Shown here in pieces: positions 38,518 to 42,384 of a stretch of DNA of 42,384 bases. The notes under the pieces are model-generated. The model did no database searches. It saw only the letters and a list, made by a program, of their open reading frames with translations, and was not told where the DNA came from. The first letter of the stretch is position 1. Every line of letters starts with the position of its first letter. Origin of the DNA: Candidatus Muiribacteriota bacterium (GTDB taxonomy: Bacteria > Muiribacteriota > Muiribacteriia > Muiribacteriales > Muiribacteriaceae); NCBI GenBank assembly GCA_051747805.1, contig JBNJGP010000012.1, positions 1-42,384 on the forward strand, in the 5' to 3' direction. The translations under genes and the position numbers were made by a program.

Positions 38518-39195
38518 ATGAAAAAAAAACTTACCCACAGCCTTGAGGATTATCTTGAAACAATATATTTAATTAAATTAGAATATGATAAAATTAAATT
38601 AAAAAAAATCGCCGAATCCCTTGAAGTAAGACCACCCTCTGCCCTGGGAGCAATTAAAACACTGGAAAAACAGGGGTATTTAATTCATAAAAAATATAAA
38701 GGAATTGAACTAACCGATATTGGCGAGAAAAAAGCAAGATTAATTTTTAAAAAACATAGAATTATATATAATTTCATAAAAAATATTCTGGGAGTCAACG
38801 AAAAAAAAGCCGAAGAAGAAGCCTGCAACCTTGAACATATGCTCTCGGATGAAACAATTGACAGATTTATAAATTTTGGCGATTATCTAAAAAAAAGAAA
38901 TTTTGATTTAATAGATTTTCAGAATTATTACAATAAAAACCGTAAACCAGAAATCGAAAATCAAGTTATAAGGGCTGCTCTTTCCGATGTTAAAGAGGCT
39001 AAATTAGGTGTTATTTCAAAAATAAACGGTTCATCAGAAATCAGAAAAGAAATCATAAATAAAGGTATTCTACCAAAATTAAAATTCAAAATAGAAAAAA
39101 TCGATGATAAATATTTTTATATAAAAATCGAACATTCGAATATAAAATTAGATTTTAATACAGCATCGAATATAATAGTTGAAATATTTGAATAA
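38518..39195 (+). CDS. DtxR/MntR family metal-dependent regulator with FeoA-like C-terminal domain
   Basis: SLEDYLETIY, wHTH, KHR, EACNLEH. Confidence 0.92.
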   Translation: MKKKLTHSLEDYLETIYLIKLEYDKIKLKKIAESLEVRPPSALGAIKTLEKQGYLIHKKYKGIELTDIGEKKARLIFKKHRIIYNFIKNILGVNEKKAEEEACNLEHMLSDETIDRFINFGDYLKKRNFDLIDFQNYYNKNRKPEIENQVIRAALSDVKEAKLGVISKINGSSEIRKEIINKGILPKLKFKIEKIDDKYFYIKIEHSNIKLDFNTASNIIVEIFE

Positions 39196-39206
39196 ATTAG
39201 ACTTTA

Positions 39207-39824
39207 TTACATCTCAAAATTTTCAATCACATCATACTTTTCAGCTAAATCTTCCACCTCTGAAACCTCATTGAAAAAATCTGATATATTTTCATTTCTA
39301 ACCTGTTCATCCTCCTCAGCAGTAATAATATTTCTGGTGGTTGAAACAAAATCTCTAAAAGTATCATCAGCCAAATCACCATATTCCGAAAATTCAGAAG
39401 AAATATTATAACTTTCAGAAGCAAACCTTTCCTGAAGATTACGGTCCTCAACATCAATAAAAGTAGTAACAAAATTTCTTTCACTAATTTTATTTTCATT
39501 TAAATTATTAATAGAGCCAAAAAAATCAGCTACTGTATGTGAATTATTTTCTAAATGTTCATCCATCGAAAGAACAAAGTCCGCAACCTGTTGACTGCTA
39601 ACATTTTTATGTATATTCTGTAAAAAATCAGTTAGTCCATTTACAGCCTCTTCATCCCCTTCCTGACGTAAATAACTAAAATAATTTTCGAAATGTTTAG
39701 AAAAACCTGAAATTGTAACCATATCGTTTGCAAGTTCAAGTGTATTCACGTTTTCAACAGATTTTTGATTTTGATTATTATTAAGCTGATTAACAAGAAC
39801 TCCATTAATAGAATCCAGTTTCAT
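39207..39824 (-). CDS. Hypothetical acidic helical protein
   Basis: AAGGAGG RBS, consensus promoter upstream, 205-aa ORF. Confidence 0.75.
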   Translation of the reverse strand: MKLDSINGVLVNQLNNNQNQKSVENVNTLELANDMVTISGFSKHFENYFSYLRQEGDEEAVNGLTDFLQNIHKNVSSQQVADFVLSMDEHLENNSHTVADFFGSINNLNENKISERNFVTTFIDVEDRNLQERFASESYNISSEFSEYGDLADDTFRDFVSTTRNIITAEEDEQVRNENISDFFNEVSEVEDLAEKYDVIENFEM

Positions 39825-39861
39825 AAAACCCTCCTTGACACCTTATCAAGCTATAAATACT

Positions 39862-39890
39862 ATTATATATTATTATTTTTAAATTGTCAA
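39862..39890 (-). promoter_or_regulatory. Perfect sigma70 consensus promoter
   Basis: TTGACA-17 nt-TATAAT on the minus strand. Confidence 0.75.
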
Positions 39891-40254
39891 CCTTGCATAA
39901 ATTCTTTATTTTCTAATTTTATTTAATGTGTTCCGCGATCAAACTAACAGCCTCAATAGTATTAATTAAACAGTCAAAATCTTTTGTTTTGTATTCAAAA
40001 TGAGTTGCACCTAACCTTAGTTTTCTCTTTATTTAATTTTTTAGGATAATATATAGTATTTTTAACTTGTAGACATTTATAATGAACAAGAGCAGATAGG
40101 ATTTGATTATATAAAAAATTACATTTTTTAATTTAACTAATGCAAATTATAAAAAAACCTGAAATCCTTAGACTTGAAAACCTTGACAAACTTTTTATGT
40201 TATATTATTATATTCTTATATTGGAATAGTTAGATTTACAAAAAAGGAGTATAT

Positions 40255-41649
40255 ATGAGTTATGATTATGATATCTTAGTAATTGGATTAGGTCCTGCTG
40301 GTATGGCAGTTTCTGCAATGGGTTCAGAAATGGGTTTAAAAGTCTGTGGAGTTGAAAAACGCCGTATAGGCGGAGAATGTATGAACGTGGGATGTATTCC
40401 CAGCAAAGCAATTTTAAGGTATTCAAAAAATGTTCATAACGCAGAAAAACTTCTAAATAAAAATATAAAAATAAAAGAAAATCTTTTTGAAAATATTAAT
40501 GAAGATCTTGATTTCATTCATGATAAAAAAATGGCAAAAATGCTAAATAAAGTTGATATAATCTATGATAAAGCTCAGTTTATAAATAAACATACTGTAA
40601 AAGCCGGGAAAAAAGAAATTACAGCAGCTAAAATATTTATAGCTACAGGAACCACCCCTTTAATTCCGCCAATTCCAGGTATTGAAAAAGTAAATTATCA
40701 CACTAATGAAACTATTTTTAATCTTAAAAAAGTTCCCAGCTCAATGGTAGTAATAGGTGGTGGTGCAATTGGTGTTGAAATGGCCCAGGCTTTTTCAAGA
40801 CTTAGCTCAAAAGTCAGTATAGTTCACAATGACCCTAATTTAATACATGGTCCCTCAAAAAATGAACAGACAATACTTGATGATATTTTCAAAGATGAAG
40901 GAATTATTCTAAAAAACGGCGAAAAAATAACACATATAAAACAGGATAAAAACGAAACCCTTGTAAAACTTGAATCAGGAGAAACATTAAAAGGTGAAGT
41001 TTTACTTGTGGCAACTGGAAGACTTTTTAATTTTGAAGGACTTAATCTTGAAAACGCCGGCGTAAAATATAATAAAAAAGGAATTATCGTAAATAAGCAT
41101 TTACGCACCACAACACGAAATATTTATGCAGCCGGTGACTGTAACGGAAACGTCTTATTATCACATGCAGCTATGCATCAAGGTATGCTGGCTTTGATTA
41201 ATTCAATGTCCCCGTTTTTTATGCGCAAAAAATTTAAAAACTATGTTGTTCCTTGGACAGTTTTTACAGAACCACAGATTTCCAGAGTTGGTTTAAATAA
41301 ATATATGCTTAAAAAGAAAAAGGTGAAATTTGAAACAATTAAGGCAGAATACGGTAATTATGGAGCTGCCATTGCCGAAAAAATCCCCCACGGCTCAGTT
41401 GAAGTTTACTGCTCACCTTTTGGCAGAATATATGGTGCTAAAATCGTTGGTGAAGGCTCAGGTGAAATGATAAATGAATTTGCCATGGCTATTCAATACA
41501 ATATCAAACTTTATAATATTTTATTTTTACAGCATTCCTTCCCTACCATGTCTTTTTTAATTAAACGAATTTCTGAAATCTGGATGATGAAAAAAATGAA
41601 ATCAAATTTATTAAAAAAAATATGCCGATTTGCATTTAAACTGTTTTAA
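40255..41649 (+). CDS. Class I pyridine nucleotide-disulfide oxidoreductase (MerA/LpdA-like)
   Basis: GLGPAG, GGECMNVGCIPSK, GGGAIG.E, IYAAGD. Confidence 0.9.
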   Translation: MSYDYDILVIGLGPAGMAVSAMGSEMGLKVCGVEKRRIGGECMNVGCIPSKAILRYSKNVHNAEKLLNKNIKIKENLFENINEDLDFIHDKKMAKMLNKVDIIYDKAQFINKHTVKAGKKEITAAKIFIATGTTPLIPPIPGIEKVNYHTNETIFNLKKVPSSMVVIGGGAIGVEMAQAFSRLSSKVSIVHNDPNLIHGPSKNEQTILDDIFKDEGIILKNGEKITHIKQDKNETLVKLESGETLKGEVLLVATGRLFNFEGLNLENAGVKYNKKGIIVNKHLRTTTRNIYAAGDCNGNVLLSHAAMHQGMLALINSMSPFFMRKKFKNYVVPWTVFTEPQISRVGLNKYMLKKKKVKFETIKAEYGNYGAAIAEKIPHGSVEVYCSPFGRIYGAKIVGEGSGEMINEFAMAIQYNIKLYNILFLQHSFPTMSFLIKRISEIWMMKKMKSNLLKKICRFAFKLF

Positions 41650-41688
41650 ATTTAAAATGATATTTGATTATTTTAAAAAGGAGTTTTT

Positions 41689-42312
41689 ATGGATTTTATT
41701 CAAGGTATAAAAGAAAGAAGAGCAATTAATTTTTTTGATTCATCACAAGAAATGAGTGATAAAAAAATAAAAAATATTATCAATCTGGCTAATTTAACCC
41801 CATCTTCTATGAATCTGCAACCTTGGGAATTGATTGTAGTAAAATCAAAAGAAAACAAAGAGTTATTAAAAAAATATGCATTTAATCAACCAAAAGTCAC
41901 AGAAACCTCAATTAACTTTATTGTTGTTGCAAATCCTGAAGGAGTTGAAGAAAATATTAATGATGTTTTAAATAGCTGGGTAAAATTAGGTTATATGAAA
42001 GAAGAACACATAGAAAATTTTAAAAACAATGCATTCAACCTGTATAAAGATAAATTCAGCGAAAAAAGAATTCATTTTGCAATTAAAAATGCTTCATTTT
42101 TTGCAATGAGCCTTATGTATGCAGCCCAGGCTTATGGTTTTAAAACCCATCCAATGGATGGATTCAATGAAGAAAAAGTAAAAATCAAATTTAAAATAGC
42201 TGAAAACAAACATATCCCGGTAATTATAGCATGTGGCTATCCATCACCTGAATTAAATCTTTTACCCAGAGCTTATAGACGACCAGTTGAAAATTTTGTA
42301 AAATTTATTTAA
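41689..42312 (+). CDS. Nitroreductase family protein
   Basis: RRAINFFD, PSSMNLQPW, THPMDGF. Confidence 0.93.
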   Translation: MDFIQGIKERRAINFFDSSQEMSDKKIKNIINLANLTPSSMNLQPWELIVVKSKENKELLKKYAFNQPKVTETSINFIVVANPEGVEENINDVLNSWVKLGYMKEEHIENFKNNAFNLYKDKFSEKRIHFAIKNASFFAMSLMYAAQAYGFKTHPMDGFNEEKVKIKFKIAENKHIPVIIACGYPSPELNLLPRAYRRPVENFVKFI

Positions 42313-42384
42313 AACATGGGGGTCAGGTCTCCGGAATTCGCATTCCAAAAACCTTATATAAAGGTATTAACAATATAAATAGTA

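Noticed and set aside
39919..40032. Minus-strand open frame ...LGATHFEYKTKDFDCLINTIEAVSLIAEHIK*, possible gene remnant
   Set aside because: No start codon or RBS and no homology I can support without a search
7347..41111. Short ORFs overlapping larger genes (e.g. 7347-7562, 8009-8311, 12782-13105, 26587-26955, 29385-29765, 31028-31423, 34400-34729, 40824-41111)
   Set aside because: Antisense or alternate-frame shadows of well-supported CDS, with no RBS or recognisable motif
40255..41649. Calling this gene merA
   Set aside because: Lacks the C-terminal cysteine pair, NmerA domain and mer operon context

Overview
AT-rich bacterial chromosomal window with about 34 CDS, mostly on the minus strand. 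Housekeeping genes include polA, rlmD, a tRNA m6A methyltransferase and moeA/mogA. It also holds a minor-pilin/beta-propeller cluster, metal handling genes (zupT, copA, DtxR/MntR regulator) and dense signalling: three PAS hybrid histidine kinases and two HD-GYP proteins, one fused to a YmdB phosphoesterase. No rRNA, tRNA, CRISPR array or transposase gene was recognised. The most unusual signal is non-coding: a family of small structured elements sharing the motif GTGGTCAGGCCTACACA. Two are complete MITE-like elements with different terminal inverted repeats and target duplications (22465-22591, 33365-33511) but the same core, with compensatory stem changes. A third (1-360, cut by the window edge) carries a tandemly repeated 207-bp unit. 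In that unit, eight different 13/16-nt hairpins are separated by constant AGTAAA or TTTACT linkers, predicting a ladder of four-way junctions. I also found a 44-aa lipoprotein gene missing from the ORF track and four candidate leaderless genes.
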